From a virus: 64,000 nt of DNA. Below the pieces are notes generated by a model. That model had not been told where the DNA came from. It saw nothing but the letters and a program-made list of their open reading frames with translations, and searched no databases. The position numbers and the translations under genes are program-made. This document shows positions 43,049-53,001 of this stretch, piece by piece. Each line of letters opens with the position of its first letter. Positions within the stretch are counted from its first letter, which is position 1. The DNA is taken from positions 64,001 through 128,000 of the IMG/VR virus record IMGVR_UViG_3300046167_000554; one strand, written 5' to 3'.

Positions 43049-43774
43049 GTGAAGATACATTATGTAACTGAACCATTCAAGTTATCAGAAATACCTTTAA
43101 AGGATGTTTATGTCTTTGATGATTTCTTATCTTCAGAAATGCATCGTGCAATAGATTCACATATATATCGTTCAAGTATATGGTCTAAGACAAATCAAGT
43201 TAGAGGAGATAGTCCTACTGGGTTAGCACATCATAGTTTTTGGGGTGCAACATATTTTCGTGGAGTAGAAGGTGGAAGTAAGAAAGTAGTTGATAATGAT
43301 ATGAATCCAAGGGATACTTATCTTGCACAATGGTTTAATAGAAAGATACAAACCGACTTTGGATTTCAGTGGGTCAGATTTCAATACATGGGACTGAATT
43401 CACAAACACAAGGTCTTCAAGGAACAACACATGCAGATTGTTCACCTGAAGATGAGTGGAATCTTTCATTTCTTTACTATACCAATAAATTTTGGAATAA
43501 GGAATGGGGTGGTTCATTGAGATTTTACGATGAAATGCAACAAGGAATTGATGGTAGAGATGAACATATTAAAAATCATCAAATTGGTGAAGTAGAGTTT
43601 AAACCCAACAGACTGTTAATGTTTGACGGAAGAATTCCACATGGTGCAGATGCACCTTCTCCTAAAGCAAGATATATGGATAGAAAATCCATTGTTCTTA
43701 GAGGAGACGAAATAAGATTAATAAAAGATACAAGTGAGTGGTTTCATGCCAACGATAGAATTTACAACATTTAA
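43049..43774 (+). CDS. 2OG-Fe(II) oxygenase (prolyl-hydroxylase-like)
   Basis: HAD..LYY..W..EWGGSL.F..FKPNRLLMFDG.IPH..R. Confidence 0.82.
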   Translation: MKIHYVTEPFKLSEIPLKDVYVFDDFLSSEMHRAIDSHIYRSSIWSKTNQVRGDSPTGLAHHSFWGATYFRGVEGGSKKVVDNDMNPRDTYLAQWFNRKIQTDFGFQWVRFQYMGLNSQTQGLQGTTHADCSPEDEWNLSFLYYTNKFWNKEWGGSLRFYDEMQQGIDGRDEHIKNHQIGEVEFKPNRLLMFDGRIPHGADAPSPKARYMDRKSIVLRGDEIRLIKDTSEWFHANDRIYNI

Positions 43775-44630
43775 TACAAAAACACTAGAGGACTTTAGGC
43801 CTGTTCTTGCTAAGAAACTTACACCTGAGTGGTGGAAAAAAACTAAAGTTAATGTTGATGTACGAGGACATAAAGTGCAAACTATACGTTCTTGTCCTGC
43901 TATGGATGATTGGTTAAAGAGTGGTTGGTTGTTAACTGCAAATAGAGACATACATGTAGATTTAGAGACTGGTTCTGATAGTACTTTTAAGACAAGAGCT
44001 CATAATGGGTATGGTTCTCCATCTCATCCTAATGTGCAGACTGCAAATGCATTTGAATACTTAGGAGATTCAGGCCCTGTTAAGGATGCATTCAAAATGA
44101 AGAATCCATGGAACATAATAACTCCAAAGGGGTATTCATGTTTTTACTTAGACCCATTCTTATTTCAAAATGAATACTTTGCAACATGGCAAGGTATAAT
44201 AGATACTGATAACTTTAATAAAAATATTGATAATGCACAAATCATATTCTACCCTAAAGTAACTCACTCATTTACTATAACAAAGGGTACTCCTCTTTGT
44301 CAAGTAATACCATTCAAAAGGGAGACTTGGAATGCATCTTACATTGTACAGGACTCACAAACCTTTACAGAGAATAGGTCTATAGTTACCTCTCATCATG
44401 ATAACGAGTTTCCTACTATGGACGAGATGGGTAGACATAAGGGTCTATCGGAAGAGGAAAGAAAGATAACTGGTAAGATGGGTGCATATAGAAAACAAGG
44501 ATACTGGCAAGAGAAAGGTAAAAACTTTAAACAAGATAATCCACCACCTGAATGTCCTATGCATGTGGTCAGTGAAGACACACCTGAAATTCAATTAGAA
44601 CTTCCAATAGGAGACAATAATGGCAGTTAG
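43734..44630 (+). CDS. DUF6065-like protein
   Basis: CPAMDDWLKSGW, NPWNIITPKGYSC, GIIDTD, KGTPLCQVIPFKRE. Confidence 0.55.
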   Translation: MSGFMPTIEFTTFNTKTLEDFRPVLAKKLTPEWWKKTKVNVDVRGHKVQTIRSCPAMDDWLKSGWLLTANRDIHVDLETGSDSTFKTRAHNGYGSPSHPNVQTANAFEYLGDSGPVKDAFKMKNPWNIITPKGYSCFYLDPFLFQNEYFATWQGIIDTDNFNKNIDNAQIIFYPKVTHSFTITKGTPLCQVIPFKRETWNASYIVQDSQTFTENRSIVTSHHDNEFPTMDEMGRHKGLSEEERKITGKMGAYRKQGYWQEKGKNFKQDNPPPECPMHVVSEDTPEIQLELPIGDNNGS

Positions 44631-45327
44631 ATTACTATTTCCTACCTTTATATTTGAAGTAGATTTACTTAATGATGATTTACATCCTAATGATGGACTC
44701 ACTAAAGAGTACCTAAATCTATTAAAAGATACTATGGATGGAATGAGACAAAGAGACCCCGAAGGACGAAGAATATCTAATGCATATACTGGGTGGCAAT
44801 CCAACGATGGTTGTGAAACAAATCCAATATTTGCACAACTACATAAAAAGATATCACGAGTCTTTCAGAGAGAGGTTATTCCATTTCATGGTTTGGACTC
44901 ATCAAATGCAGTCATGCAAATGGGTAATATGTGGGCAAACATAAACGATTTTAGTGCATGGAACAAACCACATTTACATAATGGGTGTTGGTATAGTGGT
45001 GCATTCTATATCCATGCAGATGGAGACGAAGGTTCTTTAGATATTATAGATAAAGACTGTAAGGTCGTATCAGACTTTCCACATTCAACTAGAACACCTA
45101 CATCTTATAGTATTCAACCTACATCAGGAAAGTTAGTGTTGTTCCCTAGTGGTACTATGCATATGGTAGAACCTAACATGACAAACAAAGAACGTTATTC
45201 AGTTGCATTTAATATTGAAATGAGATATCAGACTAATGAAGGTAGATATCCAATAAATGAAGATACTTACAATGGGGACGAATTTAAATTTGAAATAGAC
45301 CCTAATGGAGACCCCATACTGAAGTAG
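44620..45327 (+). CDS. 2OG-Fe(II) oxygenase (TIGR02466-like)
   Basis: LFPT, GWQS, MWANIN..N.PHLH..SGAFY, LVLFPS..HMVEPN..RYSVAFN. Confidence 0.85.
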   Translation: MAVRLLFPTFIFEVDLLNDDLHPNDGLTKEYLNLLKDTMDGMRQRDPEGRRISNAYTGWQSNDGCETNPIFAQLHKKISRVFQREVIPFHGLDSSNAVMQMGNMWANINDFSAWNKPHLHNGCWYSGAFYIHADGDEGSLDIIDKDCKVVSDFPHSTRTPTSYSIQPTSGKLVLFPSGTMHMVEPNMTNKERYSVAFNIEMRYQTNEGRYPINEDTYNGDEFKFEIDPNGDPILK

Positions 45328-45344
45328 ATATCCTAAATAGATAT

Positions 45345-45605
45345 ATGGATATCATAGTAAACCCAGCAATTCTTTGGAACGTCATCATAACTGTAATAGT
45401 TTTGCCGATTGGATTCCTTGTTCGTTCAATCTTAACGGAACAAAATAGACTAAACATTCTTGTCAATAGAACTAGAGAAGAGATAGCTAGAGACTATGTT
45501 ACTAGAGACCAAATAGAAAAAGACTTCGAAAGAATCATGGATACTATAACACGTATTGATGAGAAACTAGACAGACTTCAAACAAAGACATACTTCCAAG
45601 ACTAA
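45345..45605 (+). CDS. Small membrane-anchored coiled-coil protein
   Basis: N-terminal TM; TREEIARDYVT. Confidence 0.6.
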   Translation: MDIIVNPAILWNVIITVIVLPIGFLVRSILTEQNRLNILVNRTREEIARDYVTRDQIEKDFERIMDTITRIDEKLDRLQTKTYFQD

Positions 45606-45610
45606 AAACG

Positions 45611-45618
45611 TATAAATA
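45611..45618 (+). promoter_or_regulatory. Late promoter TATAAATA
   Basis: Upstream of gp13. Confidence 0.75.
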
Positions 45619-45640
45619 GTATTACAAAAGGAATACTATT

Positions 45641-46456
45641 ATGGCACAACCGAATTCAAAAGACACATTTAAGCAATACATTAAGAGGGCTCTTGGAGCT
45701 CCAGTCTTGGAAATCAATGTTGATGATGACCAAATGGACGATAGAGTCGATGAAGCACTTCAATATTTTCGTGAATACCACTATGATGGTAGTGTAAAAA
45801 CTTATCTAAAACATCAACTTACTGAAGAAGAACTTACTGCATGGAAAACAAACGAAACCCATAATGCCGCAACAACTGGAACTCAGAATATTGCAAACCA
45901 AACTTATGGAGAAGGTCAGAACTATATCACACTTCCCGAACATGTCCTTTCAGTTATAAACCTATTCCCATTCTCAAGTGGTGTCAAATCTAATATGTTT
46001 GATTTACAATATCAACTTAGACTAAATGACCTTTGGGATTTAACATCTACAAGTATTTTATACTACTCACAAGTGCAATCTCATCTTACAATGATGAACA
46101 ACATGTTGGTGGGTCAGATACCAATACGTTTCAATATGCATAGTAATAGACTATACATAGATTACAATGCAGATAAACTAACAGCAGGTGAGTTCATTAT
46201 CATCGAATGTTACAGAAAGTTAGACCCAACAGATATGACTGATATCTATAACGATATGTGGTTGAAGAAATATGCAACTGCAAAAGTTAAATATCAATGG
46301 GGTGAGAACCTTTCTAAATTTCAAGGTATTCAGTTGCCTGGCGGAGTTACACTTGATGCACAACAAATAAAACAAGAAGCACAAGAAGAGATTCAAAGAC
46401 TAGAAGAAGAATCAAGATTGAACTTTGAAATGCCTGTCATGGATATGATTGGTTAA
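45641..46456 (+). CDS. gp13: Neck protein gp13
   Basis: LGAPVLEINVDDDQ, WLKKYATA..K.QWG.NL.KF.G..LPGGVTL. Confidence 0.93.
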   Translation: MAQPNSKDTFKQYIKRALGAPVLEINVDDDQMDDRVDEALQYFREYHYDGSVKTYLKHQLTEEELTAWKTNETHNAATTGTQNIANQTYGEGQNYITLPEHVLSVINLFPFSSGVKSNMFDLQYQLRLNDLWDLTSTSILYYSQVQSHLTMMNNMLVGQIPIRFNMHSNRLYIDYNADKLTAGEFIIIECYRKLDPTDMTDIYNDMWLKKYATAKVKYQWGENLSKFQGIQLPGGVTLDAQQIKQEAQEEIQRLEEESRLNFEMPVMDMIG

Positions 46457-46470
46457 TACGGACATAAATT

Positions 46471-47326
46471 ATGCCTACAAATGTATTTTTTAACCATGCA
46501 GTAAACACTGAACAACACCTCTATGAGGACTTAGTTGTTGAATCGTTAAGAATGTATGGACATGAAACATTCTACCTACCGAGAGAAATTGTAGAGGAAG
46601 ATACAATTCTTGGAGAAGATGTGCAATCATCTTTCGGTGATGCATATTCTGTAGAGATGTACTTAGAAAATACGGAAGCATTTGAAGGAGAGGGAGACCT
46701 CATGTCTAAGTTTGGTGTCCAAGTAAGAGACCAAGCAACCTTTGTTCTTTCTCTTAAGAACATGGGAAAGATTCATATCACTAGACTCTAACCTTGCAAC
46801 ATCACTAAGACCTAATGAAGGAGACCTAATCTACTTCCCTCTTAGTGGTTCAATGTTTGAAATTAAATTCGTAGAACATGAGAATCCATTCTATCAAGTT
46901 GGAAAACTATTCGTGTTCAAAATGCAGTGTGAACTCTTTGAATACAGTGGAGAAGATTTCGATACTGGAATGGCTGCAGACTTCATAGAAAACGAACAAG
47001 CATACACAATCGAGATGACTATGGCAAGTGGTGGAAGTGGAAGTTATACAGTTGGTGAAGTAATCAATTACAACTCTGCATCTGCTGGAGAGGTCATTGG
47101 TTGGGTAGAATCAACACGAACACTTACTATTAAAGATAACACTAGAACACTTGCAATCGGTGATACCTTAGTCGGTGTGTCATCAACTGCATCATATGTT
47201 ATCGAAACAATTGTAGATGTCTTGACATTTGCAAACGATGGTAATGCACAAAACAAAGACTTTGAAGATAAAGCAGATGGATACTTAGACTTCTCAGAAA
47301 CCAATCCTTTCGGTGAGGTCTCATAA
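46471..47326 (+). CDS. gp14: Neck protein gp14 (frameshift near 46752)
   Basis: EQ.LYEDLV.ES, YLPRE, SKFG; RPNEGDLIYFP, FEIKFVEHE.PFYQ, DFSETNPFG. Confidence 0.9.
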
Positions 47327-48375
47327 TGTTTGGAACATATTTTTATAATGAAACGATTAAGAGAGCAGTCTCTATCTTTGGAACATGTTTTAATAACATT
47401 ACAGTTAAGAAAGTAAAAGCAGACGGAACTGTTCTAACCGAACAAAAGGTTCCAATATCATACGGCCCAAAACAGAAATTCCTAGAAAGACTAGCAGAAG
47501 ATGCTGACCTAAACGATGGTATGAGAAGTGCAATCAGTCTACCAAGACTTGCATTTGAATTAAATGGTTTTAATTACGACCCACAAAGACAACAAAATAA
47601 ACTAATTAGAAATACAAGAACAACAGTTGAAGCAAATGATATCGGAAAGAGAGGGTATCAATATCAACCAGCACCTTATGACTTGAACTTTACACTAAGT
47701 GTTCTTGCAAAGAACATGAATGATGCATTACAAATCGTAGAACAGATATTACCATATTTCCAACCCGAGTATACAGTCACTATGAAAATGATTGATACTA
47801 TGACTGATTACAGAGATGTACCGATAGTATTGAATTCAGTTGCAATGAATGATACTTATGAGGGTGGATTTGAAGAAAGACGTGTAATAGAATATACACT
47901 AGAGTTCACAATGAAGTTATACATGTTCGGCCCTGTTTATACTGGTGAAGTTATCAGAAATGTTATTGAAAGAGATTACATTGGTGATGGTAATGATGCA
48001 TTTACAAGTACAGAAATAGATGCAGCTGGTCTAGTCAAAGAGGTCAAACACTATGAACCTGCGTTCTCAGCAGTTTCAAATGCAGTTTCAGGTTCCACAA
48101 CAGTGACCTTTCCTACTGCAATAAATAGTTCTATAAGTGCAAATGATGAGGTATTCGGAACAAACCTATCAACTAATCCGACTGTCTCAAGTATTGCAGA
48201 AGATAAACAATCAATAGTAGTGTCTAGTGCAGTTACTATAGATGCAAACACTACACTTAAATTTGTAGGTTCTGTAGATGCAAACGATACATTTGTAATT
48301 GCAGAAACTGTAAGTTTTTATGATGACGGAGCTGGTTCTACATTTACTGAAGACAAGGTCACCGATGCGAGTTAA
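47326..48375 (+). CDS. gp15: Tail sheath stabiliser/terminator gp15
   Basis: YFYNETI, VPISYGPKQKFL, LPRLAFE, QIVEQILPYFQP. Confidence 0.92.
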   Translation: MFGTYFYNETIKRAVSIFGTCFNNITVKKVKADGTVLTEQKVPISYGPKQKFLERLAEDADLNDGMRSAISLPRLAFELNGFNYDPQRQQNKLIRNTRTTVEANDIGKRGYQYQPAPYDLNFTLSVLAKNMNDALQIVEQILPYFQPEYTVTMKMIDTMTDYRDVPIVLNSVAMNDTYEGGFEERRVIEYTLEFTMKLYMFGPVYTGEVIRNVIERDYIGDGNDAFTSTEIDAAGLVKEVKHYEPAFSAVSNAVSGSTTVTFPTAINSSISANDEVFGTNLSTNPTVSSIAEDKQSIVVSSAVTIDANTTLKFVGSVDANDTFVIAETVSFYDDGAGSTFTEDKVTDAS

Positions 48376-48377
48376 CT

Positions 48378-48785
48378 ATGAAAGACAATATAGACGATAA
48401 GTTAAACGACTTATTAGATATCGATACAGAAATCAAAACAGTAAGTTCCAATGTAGTAAAGGTCACTCCTCGTTCAGAGAGTATTGAGAGTGACTATAAG
48501 TATGCACGTGAGAACCTCTACAACCTCGTAGAGAGGGGTCAGGATGCAATTGAAGGAATACTCGAACTATCTAAAGAAACCGAACACCCGAGGGCATACG
48601 AGGTCGCAGGACAGCTTATAAAGACTGTCGGTGAGACTGCAGAGAAACTACTTGATGTGCAGAAAAAGATTAAAGATTTAGAAAAAGATGACGAAAGGAA
48701 AATAGGTACACAACACAATCACCTATATGTGGGGTCTACTTCAGAACTACAAAAGTTCCTAAAGAAAGAGAAACAAAAAGAATAG
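48378..48785 (+). CDS. gp16: Terminase small subunit
   Basis: DYKYARENLY, HPRAYEVAGQLIK, VGSTSELQK. Confidence 0.92.
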   Translation: MKDNIDDKLNDLLDIDTEIKTVSSNVVKVTPRSESIESDYKYARENLYNLVERGQDAIEGILELSKETEHPRAYEVAGQLIKTVGETAEKLLDVQKKIKDLEKDDERKIGTQHNHLYVGSTSELQKFLKKEKQKE

Positions 48786-48788
48786 AGT

Positions 48789-50378
48789 ATGGTTGCAAAA
48801 ATTAATGATGGTTATCTTGGTAATAATCTTGTAAAACGTGCTGGTGTAGAAACCAAGTATACGGATGAGGAATTACAAGAGTACATAAAATGTTCTAATA
48901 ACCCTGTTCATTTTATAGAATCATATTGTTCCATTATATCATTAGATGAAGGTCTTGTCAAATTTAAACTTCGTGGATATCAACAAAATCTAATAGAACA
49001 CTATGATGATAATCGTTTCAATGTAGTTCTTGCATCACGTCAGAGTGGTAAGTCAATCACATCATGTGCATATCTATTATGGTATCTACTATTCAATCCC
49101 GAGGTTACTGTAGCAGTTCTTGCTAACAAAGGTGTAATTGCAAGGGAAATGATATCCCGTATTGTTACCATGTTAGAGAGTGTTCCATTCTTCTTACAAC
49201 CAGGCGTCAAGATTCTAAACAAAGGTAATATCGAGTTTGGAAATGATAGTAAAGTAGTTGCAGCTGCAACATCTTCGAGTTCTATTCGTGGATTGTCTAT
49301 AAACCTCTTGTATCTTGATGAGTTTGCGTTCGTAGAAAATGCAGAAGAGTTCTATACATCTACCTATCCCGTTGTTACCTCGGGTAAAAATTCAAAGGTT
49401 ATTATCACATCTACTGCAAATGGTGTTGGTAATATGTTCTATAAGATATATGAGAGTGCAGTTCAGAAACAATCTGAGTACAAACACTTCCTTATCAACT
49501 GGTTTGATGTGCCAGGCAGAGATGAAGAGTGGAAGAAACAGACCATTGCAAACACATCCGAAACCCAGTTCGAACAGGAGTATGGAAATAGTTTCCTAGG
49601 AACAGGAACAACATTGATTAATTCAAATACTTTACTAGGAATGAGGTCAATTGACCCTGATTGGAATCGTGATAACATAAATATATACGATAGACCAGTA
49701 GAAGGACACGAGTACGTTTGTACTGTTGATGTTTCACAAGGACGTGGTATCGACTATTCTACTTTTTCTATCTTTGATGTATCGGTTCAACCCTTCAAAC
49801 AGGTTGCAACGTATAGAGATAATATGATATCCCCTATGTTATTACCCGATGTTATCAATAAGTATGCACATCCATACAACGATGCATTAGTTATTATAGA
49901 GAATAATGCAGAAGGAAGTTTGGTTGCAAAGATGTTACACTATGATGTCGAATATGAAAGTGTATTCGTTCAAGGAATGAGTAAGGCAGAAGATATTGGT
50001 GTAACAATGAACAGGAAAATCAAGAGGATTGGATGTTCAACATTAAAAGAATTATTAGAAGAAAATCGATTGACGTTAATCGATAGGACGACTATAACAG
50101 AACTGATGACCTTTGTCCATAAAGGAACCTCATATGAGGCAGACAGAGGGTATCATGATGATATGGTTATGAATTGTGTTTTGTTTAGTTGGTTTATAAC
50201 AACCCCCTATTTCGAACACTTAACAGATAAAGCTGTAAAAACGTTACTGTATTCTGAACAACAGAAACTAATAGAGGATGATTTACTCCCAGCAGGAGTC
50301 TTCGGTGCATTAGAAGGTCAAGAAGAGACCTTTGTAGATGTAGAAGGGGATAGATGGTTTGTAGATAGTACTTCTTAG
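48789..50378 (+). CDS. gp17: Terminase large subunit
   Basis: SRQSGKS, LYLDEFAFV, ITSTANG, FEQEY, HDDMVM. Confidence 0.96.
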   Translation: MVAKINDGYLGNNLVKRAGVETKYTDEELQEYIKCSNNPVHFIESYCSIISLDEGLVKFKLRGYQQNLIEHYDDNRFNVVLASRQSGKSITSCAYLLWYLLFNPEVTVAVLANKGVIAREMISRIVTMLESVPFFLQPGVKILNKGNIEFGNDSKVVAAATSSSSIRGLSINLLYLDEFAFVENAEEFYTSTYPVVTSGKNSKVIITSTANGVGNMFYKIYESAVQKQSEYKHFLINWFDVPGRDEEWKKQTIANTSETQFEQEYGNSFLGTGTTLINSNTLLGMRSIDPDWNRDNINIYDRPVEGHEYVCTVDVSQGRGIDYSTFSIFDVSVQPFKQVATYRDNMISPMLLPDVINKYAHPYNDALVIIENNAEGSLVAKMLHYDVEYESVFVQGMSKAEDIGVTMNRKIKRIGCSTLKELLEENRLTLIDRTTITELMTFVHKGTSYEADRGYHDDMVMNCVLFSWFITTPYFEHLTDKAVKTLLYSEQQKLIEDDLLPAGVFGALEGQEETFVDVEGDRWFVDSTS

Positions 50379-50400
50379 GATTCGTTAGAGAATAAATACT

Positions 50401-50408
50401 TATAAATA
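50401..50408 (+). promoter_or_regulatory. Late promoter TATAAATA
   Basis: Upstream of gp18. Confidence 0.8.
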
Positions 50409-50445
50409 AAACAGTAAACACTTTTTACATTAACAGGAGAAAAGT

Positions 50446-52449
50446 ATGGCATTTCAAGTATCACCAGGCATTCAGGTCTCAGAAGTAGACTTAACGAATG
50501 TTGTGCCAGCGGTATCGTCAACAGTCGGTGCATTCGCAGGTAGTTTCCAATGGGGCCCTGTTGATGAGGTAGTAACAGTTTCCGATAGTCAAGGTTTAGT
50601 AGATAACTTCTATCATCCAGCAAATACAGATGCTGGTGCAGAAGACTTCTATACTGCAGAGGGGTTCCTAAGATATGGTTCTGCTCTCAGAATAGTAAGG
50701 ATTAATGCAACTGGTTTGTATTCTGCAAACTATTCAGGACATGCAACTTCATTAATCAAGAACCTAGAAGAATATCGTTCAACATATAAAGATTTATCAC
50801 AACATGCAACAGTTGGTAAGTTCACTGCAAAATACGCAGGATTACTAGGTAATTCACTAAGAACATCAGTATGTGCATCTAGTGATGCATACTATAATGA
50901 TGCAGTATCATCCTCTAGTGCATCTGCTGGTGCAGCTGCTATTGGTGCAACTGCTATTACTTTAGTTGCTGATGGTGGTGTAAAATTCACTGTAGGTGAT
51001 ATTATAACTTTTGCTAACCACACTACACATTATCAAGTTACTGCAATTAATACTGATGTATTAACAATTAAAGCACTTAATCAACCTGCTGGAACTGGAC
51101 TAACATCAGCAATCGTGAACTCAACATCTATCGATAGATACTGGGAACACTATGCATCATTTGATAAAGCACCAAGTAAGAGTGCATCTGCACTTGCAGC
51201 TGGTGGTTCAGATGATGAAATGCATATTGTAGTTATAGACGAAGATGGTTTATTCACTGGAACAGCTGGAACAGTATTAGAAACATTCGGTTTCGTATCA
51301 GGTGCAACAGACGCTAAAGACGCATCAGGACAATCAAACTACTATGTAAACGTTTTAGAGACTGGTTCTCAGTATGTTTATGTAACTGGACATGAAACTT
51401 CAACTCACCCAGCAGCTAATAGTGTACATACACATGCATTATCAGGTACTACTGCATTCGGTAGACCTTCTGCACCTATTCAAACATCAATGGCTGGTGG
51501 TGCAAATGGAAGAACAGGTACTGCTGGAGAGAAACATGGTACATGGACAGACCATTTCAGTGATGGAGAAACATCAGACGTATCATTCTTAGTTGTTGGT
51601 TCAACAAGATGTGATAGTGGTAGTGGTGTTGACCAAGATACACTTGCAGATTGGACAACATTAACCAACCAAGCAATCCTACTATGTGAAGGAAGAAAAG
51701 ACTGTATGGCAGTTGTTTCTCCTAGAAGAGCATCAGTAGTTAACGTAACTTCAGAGTCATCACAATTAACAAACGTCTTAGCGGACTATGCAACAGCATC
51801 ATCTTCTTCATATGCAGTATTCGACAGTGGTTGGGTATATGGATATGACAGATACAATGATAAGTACTGTTGGACACCTGCTTGTGGACATACTGCTGGT
51901 CTAATGGTTCGTTCAGACCTATTGAGAGATGCATGGTTCTCACCTGCTGGATTCTCAAGAGGACAATACTTAGGTATTACTAAACTTGCATTCAATCCTT
52001 CTAAATCATCTAGAGATGACTTATATAGAAATAGGATTAACCCAGTTGTAACATTTGCTGGACAAGGAACTGTATTATTCGGTGATAAGACTGCATTAAC
52101 AGTACCATCTGCATTTGATAGAATTAACGTAAGAAGACTATTCATCGTATTAGAGAAAGCAATTGCAACTGCAGCTAAAGCTCAGTTGTTTGAATTCAAC
52201 GATGCATTCACAAGAGCACAATTTAGAGCTGCTGTTGAACCTTTCTTAAGAGACGTTAAAAACAGACGTGGACTAGTAGACTTCTCAGTTGTTTGTGACG
52301 AAACAAATAACACGGATACAGTGATTGACAGAAATGAATTTGTATGTTCAATCTTTGTCAAACCTGCTAAATCAATTAACTTTATTACATTGAACTTTGT
52401 TGCTGCGAGAAGTGGTGTCGAGTTTAGTGAAATATATGGTGCAGTTTAA
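50446..52449 (+). CDS. gp18: Tail sheath protein
   Basis: SPGIQVSEVDLT, FQWGP, WFSPAG..RG, FDRINVRRLF, FEFND.FTR. Confidence 0.96.
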   Translation: MAFQVSPGIQVSEVDLTNVVPAVSSTVGAFAGSFQWGPVDEVVTVSDSQGLVDNFYHPANTDAGAEDFYTAEGFLRYGSALRIVRINATGLYSANYSGHATSLIKNLEEYRSTYKDLSQHATVGKFTAKYAGLLGNSLRTSVCASSDAYYNDAVSSSSASAGAAAIGATAITLVADGGVKFTVGDIITFANHTTHYQVTAINTDVLTIKALNQPAGTGLTSAIVNSTSIDRYWEHYASFDKAPSKSASALAAGGSDDEMHIVVIDEDGLFTGTAGTVLETFGFVSGATDAKDASGQSNYYVNVLETGSQYVYVTGHETSTHPAANSVHTHALSGTTAFGRPSAPIQTSMAGGANGRTGTAGEKHGTWTDHFSDGETSDVSFLVVGSTRCDSGSGVDQDTLADWTTLTNQAILLCEGRKDCMAVVSPRRASVVNVTSESSQLTNVLADYATASSSSYAVFDSGWVYGYDRYNDKYCWTPACGHTAGLMVRSDLLRDAWFSPAGFSRGQYLGITKLAFNPSKSSRDDLYRNRINPVVTFAGQGTVLFGDKTALTVPSAFDRINVRRLFIVLEKAIATAAKAQLFEFNDAFTRAQFRAAVEPFLRDVKNRRGLVDFSVVCDETNNTDTVIDRNEFVCSIFVKPAKSINFITLNFVAARSGVEFSEIYGAV

Positions 52450-52461
52450 GGAGCATAAAAC

Positions 52462-52959
52462 ATGGCAACAATAGACCAATTTAAAGCACAATTAATCGGT
52501 GGTGGCCCAAGAGCAAACCGATTTAGAGTGTTCTTACCTAGAGCAGGTAATAAGATAGAATTTTTGTGTAAAGCTGCACAAATACCACCTGCTACTATAG
52601 GTACAGTCCCAGTAAACTTTAGAGGACATATCCTTAAACTTGCTGGTGACAGAACATTTGAACCATGGTCAGTAACTATTATTAATGATGTAGAATTCTC
52701 ATCAAGAACTGCTCTAGAAGGATGGCAGACTGAGATTCAATCATTAGATAGTGGTGAAGGCTCAACAACCACTGATTACTTACTATCACGTGCGTATGTT
52801 GAACAGTTAAATAAAGATGACTCAGTACTAGCGAGATATGAATTCTTCAATATGTTCCCAACTTCAATCGGTGCGATTGACCTATCTTATGAAAATGTTG
52901 ATGCACTGGAAGAGTTTACAGTTGATTTTGAATTCTCTCACTGGGAAAGAGTCATTTAA
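52462..52959 (+). CDS. gp19: Tail tube protein
   Basis: GGPRANRF, FLCKAA..P, KLAGDRTFEPW.VTIIND, EEFTV.F. Confidence 0.95.
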   Translation: MATIDQFKAQLIGGGPRANRFRVFLPRAGNKIEFLCKAAQIPPATIGTVPVNFRGHILKLAGDRTFEPWSVTIINDVEFSSRTALEGWQTEIQSLDSGEGSTTTDYLLSRAYVEQLNKDDSVLARYEFFNMFPTSIGAIDLSYENVDALEEFTVDFEFSHWERVI

Positions 52960-52988
52960 TAAACGTGAAAAAGACCACTTTAAAGTGG

Positions 52989-52996
52989 TATAAATA
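52989..52996 (+). promoter_or_regulatory. Late promoter TATAAATA
   Basis: Upstream of gp20. Confidence 0.75.
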
Positions 52997-53001
52997 TTAG
53001 T

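Noticed and set aside
8927-47326. Pseudogenes or stop-codon reassignment
   Set aside because: Breaks are frame changes rather than in-frame stops, and they affect essential genes
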